Shown here piece by piece: positions 13,565 to 23,800 of a stretch of DNA of 64,000 nt. Source of the DNA: Haplodiscus bocki (lineage: Eukaryota). Positions within the stretch are counted from its first letter, which is position 1, and each line of letters starts with the position of its first letter. The stretch covers positions 112,220,001 to 112,284,000 of the forward strand of contig OZ296651.1 of assembly GCA_965655095.1 (NCBI GenBank), given 5' to 3'. A program made the translations under genes and the position numbers. The notes under the pieces were generated by a model. It had not been told where the DNA came from. It worked only from the letters and a program-made list of their open reading frames with translations, and ran no database searches.

Positions 13565-14035
13565 TAAAAAAGTATATCTTTGACGACCATTGAAGATACA
13601 AAAACGCCTTTCATGACACTGTTGAACAAATCTTTTTGGTCCATTATATACGTTGTCTCAATCGTTTGCGATTGTTATGCTAAACTTTCTCCATAATATA
13701 GGAACACTTTCACTTCTTGAATAAAAGTTTATGAAATTTTTGTATATCTCTTCCTCTATTATAATCATCAATTCCATAGCTGTAATAAATTTATTCATTC
13801 CGTTTGACGATTGCATTACTATATTAACTCCTCCAACAATGTTATAACTCTCGATCGTAAGATTTTTCGTTTCGTTTTTTATTTTATCAAAAAATTTAAC
13901 GTTACATTTATCATTAACTTTTCCACATTAATTATATCCTTATTTTTGATCGTATTTAAGTCGAGTGTTATTTATAATATGATTTATTTCATTTAATTTT
14001 GGGTTGATAAAAACGTATTCACTAGTAACAATCAT
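13565..14035 (-). pseudogene. Polinton accessory gene remnant
   Basis: Starts TAAATG 'MIVTSEYVFINPKLNEINHII...'; stops and frameshifts; resembles the body of the neighbouring zinc-finger-family ORFs. Confidence 0.45.
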
Positions 14036-14076
14036 TTAAATAATTCATTTTCTTTGAAATAAAATGGTATGAGATA

Positions 14077-14379
14077 TCATTCATGAATAGCTGATTGTTC
14101 TTCTCGACTTACTTTCTCAAATGAGAGCATGTATATTATAATCGATCTTAAATCATGAAATTCTTCGACAATATTTCCGAAATCATTATTATTAATTTTC
14201 AAAAATACATCATCTCTTAAAGATAAAGTTATTAGTATTCTACTAACAGGTATTGTTTGATGAAAAATGTTAATTATATCTTTACGCGCTTGATTTAACT
14301 TCTCAATAATACCTATGTTTTTATAATCAAAAAAGATAGCAGCATTACAAAACTTTAAAATATCTTTTACTGTCTCCAT
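14077..14379 (-). CDS. Polinton accessory protein, unknown function (100 aa), paralog of 13270-13557
   Basis: Open ORF starting at TAAATG; shares motifs with 13270-13557. Confidence 0.6.
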   Translation of the reverse strand: METVKDILKFCNAAIFFDYKNIGIIEKLNQARKDIINIFHQTIPVSRILITLSLRDDVFLKINNNDFGNIVEEFHDLRSIIIYMLSFEKVSREEQSAIHE

Positions 14380-14937
14380 TTAAATGGTAAAAATTTAGTG
14401 TTTTTTTTCCAAAACATTTTGGAAACCAATTATAATCAAAAATAGCATAAACTTCTCCGATAAACTTTTTTATAAGTTTTCTACAAAGCATTGATTTTGG
14501 TTGATCCATATAATGTGAAAATTTCATATTTTGAAGATCGGATTTGAAAATTATATTTATTTCAACAGCTTGTTCAGTTATATTTTTATCAAAATTATCT
14601 AGAAAATCAAGAGGTGGCACTCTTATTACTAATGGTAATTCAATCATGCTTGGCATAAACAAATATGGTTTCTCTAGTGCAATTGTGTTCGGAACAGAAA
14701 TCTTTTTTAAAAGCACTTCATTTTTCTTCCAAATAGGACTTACAGAAAAGTTATCGAATTTCCATTTATGATTATAAAAGTATGGTTGAATGATATCTTT
14801 AAGTTTATCAAATTCAGGGTTTCTTACAACATATTTTTTTATAATCAGATTTGAATAATTTTTATGTTTCTTTGATTGTTAATTATTTTTCTTATTTTTG
14901 TTTTTTTTTTAGTTAGACAAATATTACATTCTCCCAT
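14380..14937 (-). pseudogene. Polinton zinc-finger-headed accessory protein (frameshifted)
   Basis: 'MGECNIC...' start at TAAATG, continuing into ORF 14345-14716 'HYMDQPKSMLCRKL'. Confidence 0.55.
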
Positions 14938-15186
14938 TTATATTTTAAACTTTTCACTTTCCAAATATTCTCTTCTACTAAGTTTCATTTTTAATTTTAT
15001 ATCTAAATCAGTTATTGTAGCACCCATAATATTTATCAATCCTTTAGGAATAACATTCTGAATTAGACTATCATATCCTATTTTCGATTGACATTTATAA
15101 GGTAATCTCATATATCTATCTAACTTATCATTTTTTTAAATTCGTACTTGTAGATCATTTTTAATTACCTTTAAAAAATCATCCAT
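14938..15186 (-). pseudogene. Small Polinton accessory ORF remnant
   Basis: TAAATG start 'MDDFLKVIKNDL', decayed, ending 'SRREYLESEKFKI*' against the next start codon. Confidence 0.4.
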
Positions 15187-15247
15187 TTATCATATGTAGA
15201 ATAATGAGATCTTTTATAAATCATTTCAAGTAGTCTTATTTAAAAAA

Positions 15248-15828
15248 ATGGTTAGTGATAATCAGGAAAATATTTTTTCCGAAGCAGTATTTTGTGACAT
15301 AGGTGATAAATTAATTGAAAATATTTCGAAATGTAGTCAATTGAAAGCTCTCTCATATGAAGAGTTTGATAGATTTGAACACAAAAAATTAACTATTAAA
15401 AACCCAGATATAAATAACAAAAAAATATCATCGATACATTCATTATTGAATATGATTAAAAACATGATTTCTATCCTATAAAATATAATTTCAAATTAGT
15501 GTTTAACAATCTTCAATATGCGGTGATTATTGAAACTAGTCCACAAAACAATCGTATAACAATCTCTTCGGCATATCTTCTGAACGACGCGAATAATGAT
15601 ATTAATAATCAAGGATACACTTTCGATCGTATAGATGAATTTAATATTATAACGATAGCTGATAAAATGGATATGTTGTATCATTTCTATTTTAAACATA
15701 ATATATGTGATTTGGAATGGAAATTATTTGTAATGATAAATAAAAACAAAAATATATTCAAAAAACTAGATCGTAGTAAACATCATCTTCTTATTGGAAC
15801 TTTTTCTAATGTCCCCTTTAAAAATTAA
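15248..15828 (+). pseudogene. Polinton zinc-finger-headed accessory protein (frameshifted)
   Basis: ORFs 15248-15481 and 15499-15828 join through a frameshift; degenerate CDIxDK head; C-terminal 'YFKHNICDLEWKL...KLDRSKHHLLI'. Confidence 0.55.
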
Positions 15829-15831
15829 TAA

Positions 15832-16017
15832 ATGTTTGTGTTAAATATTACAGATGATTATGATAATATGACTTTGACTAATTGTACAGACAATGAAAAT
15901 AATATTGATATAAGTATACCAATATTATTAGTAACAATGCCATGTGGTATATCATTTTTATAATTAATGAGTTTGATGGTATACACATTAAGTGAAACTT
16001 TATTAAGAAAAAATTAA
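15832..16017 (+). pseudogene. Small single-pass membrane protein (about 61 codons, one internal stop)
   Basis: TAAATG start; MFVLNITDDYDNMTLTNCTD followed by hydrophobic 'ISIPILLVTMPCGISFL*LMSLMVYTL'. Confidence 0.5.
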
Positions 16018-16275
16018 AATTATGTCAAATTATTAGATTTCTCTTTTATTAGATGGAATAAAAAATTATGTAAATACACATATAAGTGTACGTATACGAT
16101 TGTATAAAAACGAATATAATTGTATGAAAATTAATTATGACTACATCTCTGATATAAATACAAATATAATTGTATGTATACCTGTAGTATAAATACTCAT
16201 AAAATTGAAAGTATGTTTATTCTATCATAACATCTTGCATTTCTCTGTCCTCGTAAAATATGCTTTATTAAATAA

Positions 16276-17000
16276 ATGGAGAAATTTTTATACCCAAATC
16301 ATCCTGTTAGGTGTATAAGAACCGGACCTAGCAAAAGCGGCAAATCGGTATTTCTAACAAATTTAATTTTAAATATCATAAACGAATATGATAAAACATA
16401 CATCTACTCACCTAGTCTTCATCAAAATATATATCAAAAATTGATTAAATATTTTAGTAATTGTATACCAATTCACAAAATACCAAAAATTCTCAATGAA
16501 GAAGATATTGATTTAGTAATTGATGAGGTAGTTAATAATAAAGGCTTTCAAAAAACTGATACAGAAACAGGAACATGAAAATATAGAAGATTTCAAATTT
16601 CCACAAGAAAATGAAAATAATAGTATTAATGACTTAGACGACCTAAATCAAAAAGAAATGGATGATTCTCGAGTACAAACAATGTTCAAGGGATGTAGAC
16701 ATGATAATTTGTCTAATTTCATCATCTCTCAAGATTACAACGATTAAAGTAAAAAAAAACAATACGCTGCAATGGTAATATCTATCATATATTCAAACCA
16801 AATGTTTTTAGAGGTGTTCAAAATTTTTATCAAGACAAAGATTCAATGGATATGACTCTGAACGAAATCAAAATATTAACAATTACTTGTTGGAATGAAA
16901 AATATCAACCTCTTACAATTGAAATGACTAAAGATCGGTACCAAGGTCGTTATCGAAGGGGATTAAAATCAATATTTGTTCCAAATAGCTCACCCTTTTA
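16276..17000 (+). pseudogene. A32/FtsK-HerA-family DNA packaging ATPase of Polinton (frameshifted)
   Basis: Walker A GPSKSGKS; after a frameshift, Walker B-like 'DLDDL', 'RHDNLSNFIISQDY' and 'TIRCNGN'; ends 'FVPNSSPF*'. Confidence 0.9.
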
Positions 17001-17196
17001 ATATATATAGATACTTACAATAACAATTAAATTTATACTTAATTTTCATATTTGAATAGTTGTAATTATACTTATATTCATTAGATATAATTACAAATAA
17101 GTTAAATTATTCTTACAAGTATAATAATATTCACATAAGGATAGTTGTAATTATACTATAGTGAATTCATATTCGATGATAATTTCAACGTTATAA

Positions 17197-18039
17197 ATGA
17201 GTATTTCTTCTATTGTAATTAAACAGGATTCAATCAATCTACGTAAATTAGCAGAACAACAGAAAAATCAACGAGCTCTTAAAATTGAAAATAGAATTTT
17301 AAAACACACTCACGATATAAAATTACCAAAAAGCTTATCACCTATCATTAAAAATTTAGATGAAGTAAAAGAAACTACTCAAAAGTTAGGAGAAGCAATT
17401 GAAAAATCACAACCTGAAAATAATATACGTCAACCAGCTATTGAACACACTCCACCTCCTCGTCCAATTGAAAATAATGAAGGTAAGGTATATGATACAG
17501 AATTAGAAAATACATTAAAAAATATGAAAAATAATACAGGTTTCTTCCAAACATTTGAAGACCCAGAACAGAGATATGTGGAATGGCTATACTGTTAAAA
17601 TATTAGGTGGAACAGAAGTAGAAATTAACGAAAGAAATATAATATAACTGCAGGTATTCAAAAAGTATTAACCGATACATCTAACATACCTAAGAAAAAA
17701 TTAGTTGATAAAGACAGAGAAAAATTTTGAAATATTTTAGAAAGTCTCGATTTTGAGAATTATAAAGCAATACGTGGTGAATCTAAATCAAGTAGATATA
17801 AAAAATCTAAAACCATTTTTAAAAAACGTAATTTGGAAGGTCAATGAGTAAAAAATATCATACCTGCAAACAACATTGATATCTACACTAGATTAGAAAT
17901 CTTACTAGGTTTGAAAATGTCTGGACACACCGATACTTTTTCGGAAGCAACCAGTTTGAAAGATGAATTATACAAGAGAGGTGAAAAACAAAATGAACAG
18001 CAATATCGGAATGCTCTTAACAAATTTCATGCCCAATAA
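17197..18039 (+). pseudogene. Conserved Polinton coiled-coil/core-type protein (frameshifted)
   Basis: ORF 17197-17598 continues through frameshifts to 'IDIYTRLEILLGLKMSGHTD', resembling the Polinton 'NELxxRLxLL..AGN' tail; lies between the ATPase and the minor capsid gene. Confidence 0.6.
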
Positions 18040-18824
18040 ATGGAAATACCTAGTAAAAATTTAGAACAAATAGCATTTAATACAATACCTAAAAGTGAAG
18101 AGCATATGTTGATAGTTATGGATAAATCTACTCATGAAGAACATCTGGCTCAACCACTTCAAACTAATATTAAATAATTTAAAATCGCAGTGACTTTTAT
18201 AACTGGTTATAATGGAATTTTTGATGTTAAAAATTCAAATACTGAGTTTTATTTCAAGAAAACAGTTACTAACGAAGATGATTTTATTCAGATTAGTATA
18301 CGACCAGGTGCCTATGAAATTGAAGGTTTGAATATTGAAATTAAGAGGATTATTACTGATAAAGGTCATTATAGTGAAAAAGAATAACCGTTCATGATAA
18401 AACCAAATTTTAGTACGCTAGGTAGTATTATAGAAATTCAACCACAAAGACCGATAATTAGTTTTGTGTTTAATGACAGTATTAGCAAAATTTAGGACTT
18501 CATGAGACTATATTATACAAAAAAAAATAATTTATCACCTAGTCCCGTTGATTGTTTATCATTTGGTAAATGTTTTCTCGAATGTGATATTGTTAAAGGA
18601 ATGATTTTCAAAGGTAGGAGAAGTGGTGTCATTCACAATTGGACAATGACAGTCGATCCTGGTTATAAATATGTAGAAAATTTGCAGAAGGTTTAACTCG
18701 GTATATGGCCGAAACTAAAGCTGTTATTTCAAGTATTTTTTTCAAATTTAAAAATGAAAATGACAAATTGCTATCATTCAACGCTCAAAGCTTCTCTTGT
18801 AGAATATCAGACAAAGAAATTTAA
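18040..18824 (+). pseudogene. Minor capsid protein (penton, single jelly-roll) of Polinton
   Basis: 'ISIRPGAYEIEGLN', 'ECDIVKGMIFKG', 'VDPGYKYVE' and 'KNENDKLLSFNAQS' match the Polinton minor-capsid pattern; internal stops. Confidence 0.75.
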
Positions 18825-18839
18825 ATTTCAACATAATAA

Positions 18840-18995
18840 ATGCCCAGAACATTATTAAAATCAAAATTACATTCTAAAAAACAGGAGCCCAGAAACAATT
18901 AATAACCTAATAAAACTAAACCTAATTTACCTCCAAATCTACGAGCAATTAAACAGAAACTATTATCAGGAAATGGTTTTTTAGTATATAAATGA
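18840..18995 (+). pseudogene. Short basic protein ending in a GxG motif
   Basis: MPRTLLKSKLHSKK...KQKLLSGNGF; TAAATG start; internal stops. GxG is the pattern of adenain-type cleavage sites (inference). Confidence 0.4.
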
Positions 18996-19018
18996 GCTTA
19001 GAAGATTTTCAATTATTA
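18992..19018 (+). pseudogene. First nine codons of the next Polinton gene (probably major capsid), truncated
   Basis: TAAATG start, MSLEDFQLL, then interrupted by an insertion; the identity is inferred from gene position. Confidence 0.35.
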
Positions 19019-19211
19019 TGCCGCGGAAAGCGGGTTATTGCAATCACCTTCGTGTGTTTGTTTGTTTGTTTGTTTGTTTGTTTGTTTGTTTGTTTGTTTG
19101 TTAGCAGGATTTCTCATAAACTGCTGGTCGGATTTTGATGAAATTTGGCGAGTAGTGAGGTAATGGTCATAGAAAGACCGAGTTCAAAGTTGGGCGTGAT
19201 CCGAATTGAGC
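19016..19211 (+). mobile_element. Non-autonomous Helentron-type (HINE/DINE-1-like) element, 3'-truncated, with (GTTT)n
   Basis: Starts TTATGCC in a TT context; (GTTT)n at 19056-19102; 'CGGATTTTGATGAAATTTGG' core typical of such elements; higher GC than the flanks. Confidence 0.7.
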
Positions 19212-20639
19212 AATATTCCTCTATTTTGTGTGAGTTTACCTGGTTATACTTGGCAGTGTAGTTTTGAAATATACAGGAATAAACTTACAAACACTTCAAG
19301 ATAAAGGTATGATTTTTTTATTAGAGAATAATATACGTGGTGGGATAAGCAGTATTATGGGAAATCGTTATTAAAAATCAAATGAAAATGAAAAGATAAT
19401 GTATATTGATAGTCCTATTCTTTATGGCCACTCAATGTGTCAATCATTACCTTATGATGAAATCAAATTTGATAAAAATGTTAAGTTAGAAGAAATTTTA
19501 AATACTGCCAAAGATAGTGATATTGGTTATTTCATTGAGGTTGATTTGAAATATCCAGATAATATAAAATATAAAACAAAAAACTTTCCATTTGCTCCTG
19601 TGAATAAGAAAATTGTTCCTGATAAATTTAGTGATTTTATGAGAACAATTAAACCTAATACTTATACTCAAACTAAAAAATTGATAAGTGATTGGTCTAA
19701 TAAGAAAAAATAATTGATTCATTATAGGATGTTAAAATTTATGTTAGACATGGGATGGAAGTAGTAAAAGTTCATACTGTTATTTCATTTAGACAGAGTA
19801 AGTGGTTGGAAAAATATATAAGTGTTAATACTCGAAACGAAATAGGGCTAAAAACGATTTTGAGAAAGACTTCTATAAATTAGTAAATAATGCATTTTAT
19901 GGAAAAACTATGGAAAATATTCGTAATCGAATAAAAGCAGAAGTTATAAAAATAGGTGTTACTGATAAAATTGTAAAACAACAATCTAAATTGACTTTCA
20001 ATGCAATTCATAACTCATATGAAAATTATGATAGCTATACATTCAAACAAAACGAAGTTCTTATGGATAAACCGATATACGTAGGCTTTAGTGTGTTAGA
20101 AATGAGTAAAATATTTTTGTATGAAACATATTATGATATATTACAACAGTATTTTGGTCAGAAAAAGATACAACTACATTATATGGATACAGATAGATTC
20201 GTATTAAGTGTTAATACATAAGATATTATCAAAGACTTAGAAAATTTTGAGGACTTATTTGATTTCAGCAATTTGAATAAAAATCATGAATTATTTAATA
20301 ACAAAAATAAGTAAATGGTAAATTTAAAAATGAAACTCCTAAAAATATTTGGATTGACGAATTTGTTTGTGTAAGAAGTAAGATGTATGCTTTTAAATGT
20401 GGAAATGATAGTAAAAATAAATTAAAAGGTCTTTTTAAAAGTCAATCGAAAAGAAAACAAATTAAAAGAATATAAAAAGTGTTTGAATGGAATGGAAAAT
20501 CAAAGAGAATATAATATTTACATTCTTCATTCAATTAACCATGACAGGCATTTTCATGAAATAAAAAAAATCGACATTATCTTTTTTCGATGATAAACGA
20601 TGTCATATAAACGAAGCTGAAAATAAACCATGGAATTAG
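19212..20639 (+). pseudogene. Protein-primed family B DNA polymerase (pPolB), C-terminal half
   Basis: 'ENNIRGGIS', motif A 'YIDSPILYGHSM', motif B 'KLVNNAFYGKTMEN', motif C 'YMDTD', C-terminal 'FDDKR'; stops and frameshifts. Confidence 0.93.
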
Positions 20640-20647
20640 CACTATGC

Positions 20648-21108
20648 AAATGGTTGTAAAAGTGAAAGAATAATTTAAAAAGACAAGATATGTTAAAAAT
20701 AATGATAAATCTAAAAAGTATATTTTCCGAGGACAAAGAAATACAAGATATCATGATAGAATTCTATCTAGTAAAAAAAAATCTTATAATTTCACGATAG
20801 AGTAGTGTACAAAAAAGCATATGACATCAGTCGCAAGGGATCGCATCTTCATCCGACACCAACCGTTCAACAAATTCTCCCCCAAAATCGCAATAATACA
20901 AATCATAGGGTGTAATTTTTTTTATTATAATCATTAAATTATTTGAATATTATTATATTTTTTTAGTTGTTTATTTATAGGTTTTTGTATATTTATACAC
21001 GCTATGGTTTGTGATATTGTGATTTTGGGGGAAAATTTGTTGAATGGTTGGTGTCGGATGAGGATGCGGCCTGCGCGGCTGGTGTCATTTGCTTTTTTGT
21101 ACACTACT
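20648..21108. repeat. Right TIR of Polinton 1, containing internal hairpin 20801-21108
   Basis: Reverse complement of 11507-11966; AGTAGT at 20801 and ACTACT at 21103-21108. Confidence 0.95.
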
Positions 21109-21211
21109 GATGGTTACATACAGTATACTGTATGTAATCATCGTTCACTTATTTGCAAACTTTGTGGTTGGGGTGTGCAATTGTAGATTTTTTAAAAGTC
21201 ATTTCCAAATG

Positions 21212-21416
21212 TTTTGTGGAATATTATCTTATTGAATGGGTTGAGACTTAGTTGAAACACTGAAAATAAGTATTCATTTTGAAAAAGAGTATGCATGTAA
21301 CAGAAAATAAGTATACTTTTTTTCTGTTACATGTATACTCTTTTTCAGAAAAAAATAGTTACTTTCAGTGTTTCAGCTAAGCCGCAACCTCTTCAATAAG
21401 ATAATATTTCACAAAA
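21212..21416. repeat. About 205-bp imperfect palindrome (fold-back element)
   Basis: TTTTGTGGAATATTATCTTATTGAA ... TTCAATAAGATAATATTTCACAAAA, centre AAGTA|TACTT. Confidence 0.85.
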
Positions 21417-21442
21417 TAATTGCAAATGAAAACTGATTCAAG

Positions 21443-22145
21443 GTTTGTGTACGATGATTTGAGTTGGACGTCTGCTAAAGCAAACTGTGAAAAACTTGGA
21501 GGGACTCTCTTCTACAAACTGGATGGTACAACGGAACAACTGGACCAATTGATTGAACGGTTTGAGATTATCACGAAAGTTTTTTCGAATGAAATAATAT
21601 TTTGTTCAGATGACATTCGAGTATCATCGGAAGAGCACGGTACTGTTTTTTGAGCTTCCATGGGCTCAAAAAATTACACAAAGCTTTTGCATATTTCGAA
21701 ATAAGTTAAATAGGAAGATGATTATTTCCAGAGTTTTTTATTTGAACTTCCCTTAGAAAAACAGGATGTGTCATCAATCATGTATTTTCCCGGATTTAAA
21801 AATCCAACGTTTACAGTTGCGAACAAAGATTCAAAAATTTGAATGGCGTTTTTGAATTTTTCATTGCAAGTAGATGCCAGTTTAAACGTAGTAATTATAA
21901 ATTTTTGATAATCTCTGGTTAGAATCCAGCCTGGGCGTTACTGGCTGGGTTTCTCAAGAAGAAATTCGAACTCTGATGATTGGTTGAATGTGTTTGGGGT
22001 TCATTATAGTGAACATTTGTTCAACTGGGCATCAGGTCAGCCCTATTCCCAGGATCAGGAACATATGGTTCTTGACACGGGAAATTATCTCCATGACCAC
22101 GACGCGGAAGACCAATTTTATCCATCAATTTGTGACGTCTTGTGA
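21443..22145 (+). CDS. Host C-type lectin domain, last two exons (21443-21559, 21923-22145)
   Basis: 'SWTSAKANCEKLGGTL' spliced by a GT-AG intron (21560-21922, frame preserved) to 'YWLG...FNWASGQP...SICDVL*'. Upstream exons not found. Confidence 0.85.
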
Positions 22146-23469
22146 GAGGGTGGGCGTTGGGCTGGATTGTAGAAAAATCCCTACTTCGAAAGGATGAAGA
22201 ACTCATTTATTTTTTCAAACAAATATTGACCCAGTTGACGTCTCAAAGAGTTTCAGCGCTGCACATTACTAAAAAGGTTTCAACAGTGCCGGAGCACCTG
22301 CTCGAGCAAAAATGTCCCTTGTAAAACAAGACCCAAAAAAATTAATTCGAAACTAGCACTGATAATGTAAAGAATGACCTAAAATTATGATGCTTGATAG
22401 AAGGTCCAATTTATGGATTTTTCAATTATTACACCGAATCATGAACTTGTGCCTTAAAATGTGCTTATTAACAAGATAGTGCTTCAGTTCACATGAATCA
22501 TGACATTATGCGCATTATCTATCATGATTTAGATAGTAAATTTGAAAACATGTATGTTGTATTTCCCTGATTAGTTTCCCGTCAGTCCACGAACGGCGAT
22601 GTTTTGCTTACACCGTGCCATCGCTGTTAACCCACGGGAAGTAGTCACGCATACTATTCATGAGAACATACCAGATGACAATGAAAGAGAAAAGGATGAA
22701 ATATTATCCACCTTCGATGATACAGTTCAAAATGCGATACCAGTGGTGGTCAATAAAATTATAGATGCTCGGGTTGATACCGCGGTCAAATTTAGTAATC
22801 TCTTCCACAGTACTGTAGTGGTTACTCTACAACAACGAATTGGGTGATTTAGATGGAAAAATTCGGAAACGCATTTCTTGGTCGCTTCGAACAGAAACCA
22901 TTTTGAACATTTTTGTAACAAAAATGACAACACCCATGTCGAGAAAAAATTTAGACAAAACAACCCAACGTTCCAAATATCCCTCGCTAGAAGGACAGTC
23001 ATCGCGGTTGTTAAAGCTGAAAATGTCCAAAATCAACATTTATAGAAAAAAGCATGTAGCATCTAAATTTCTTGGAAATTTGACTACACACGTGTTTTTT
23101 CCAAAGAAATCAGAAGTAAGATGAAAAAGAATGAAAACACCAACGTTTTACATTTTTCGTGATTCTCCTACCAGTACTTCCTTCCACATTTTTAGGATCT
23201 AAGTGGACAGATATTTTCCACTGACTGAGCCATCACAATGTAACCGAAACCATGATTGGAAAATTTGAGATAAATTTCCGTTTATTTTACAACTGTTTTT
23301 TTTAGTCGGTGCCTCTACTTGAGCAAAAAAGCTAACTCTTGTATTTACCTTGTTGTTTTGCTTGAAATCACAACGAAATGTCTACTTTTACCTCAACTTT
23401 TTCCCCTGGCATATTATTTTAAGGCATGCAAGTAGAGTCTATAAAAAGTACGGGCACGTACTCACGAAG

Positions 23470-23800
23470 CATCAAAAGGTGCCCTTCACTAAACTTTTTG
23501 GCACTGTGAGACAAAAAGACTAGAACAAAAATCGTGACGTTTCTCATAAAGTTTTTCTTTACCAGAATTTTTCAAGAACACCAAAGGGTGTTCCCCGTAT
23601 TAAATTTTTCGGTACTGTGAACCAAAACTTTTTTTACGAAAGTCGTTATGCCTCCCGTACGCATGTAGTTTCTCGATAAGGCAACCTTTCGCAACACCCA
23701 AAAAGCCTCTTCGCATTTTTTGGAACTATGAGACTAAAAAATTGCTGCATCTTCTTTTTGAGACCTCCCTTCATGTTTTACCGAAATTTTCGGAAGGCTC
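23470..23800 (+). repeat. Diverged tandem repeat of about 115-120 bp units (dispersed family)
   Basis: Recurrent TTTTYGGNACTRTGAGACNAAAA core at about 23495, 23605 and 23718; related units in reverse orientation at about 37790-38070. Confidence 0.65.

Larger units (their letters stand above)
11507..21108 (+). mobile_element. Polinton/Maverick (adintovirus-like) element 1, internally deleted and decayed
   Basis: Starts AGTAGT and ends ACTACT; about 460-bp TIRs (11507-11966 / 20648-21108); 6-bp TSD GATGAT/GATGGT; contains A32-like ATPase, minor capsid and pPolB remnants. Confidence 0.93.
11442..21202. repeat. Host palindromic (fold-back/MITE-like) element of about 153 bp split by Polinton 1 (11442-11506 + 21109-21202)
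   Basis: Removing the Polinton and one TSD copy gives an imperfect palindrome centred on CAGTA|TACTG (21121-21130). Confidence 0.85.
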
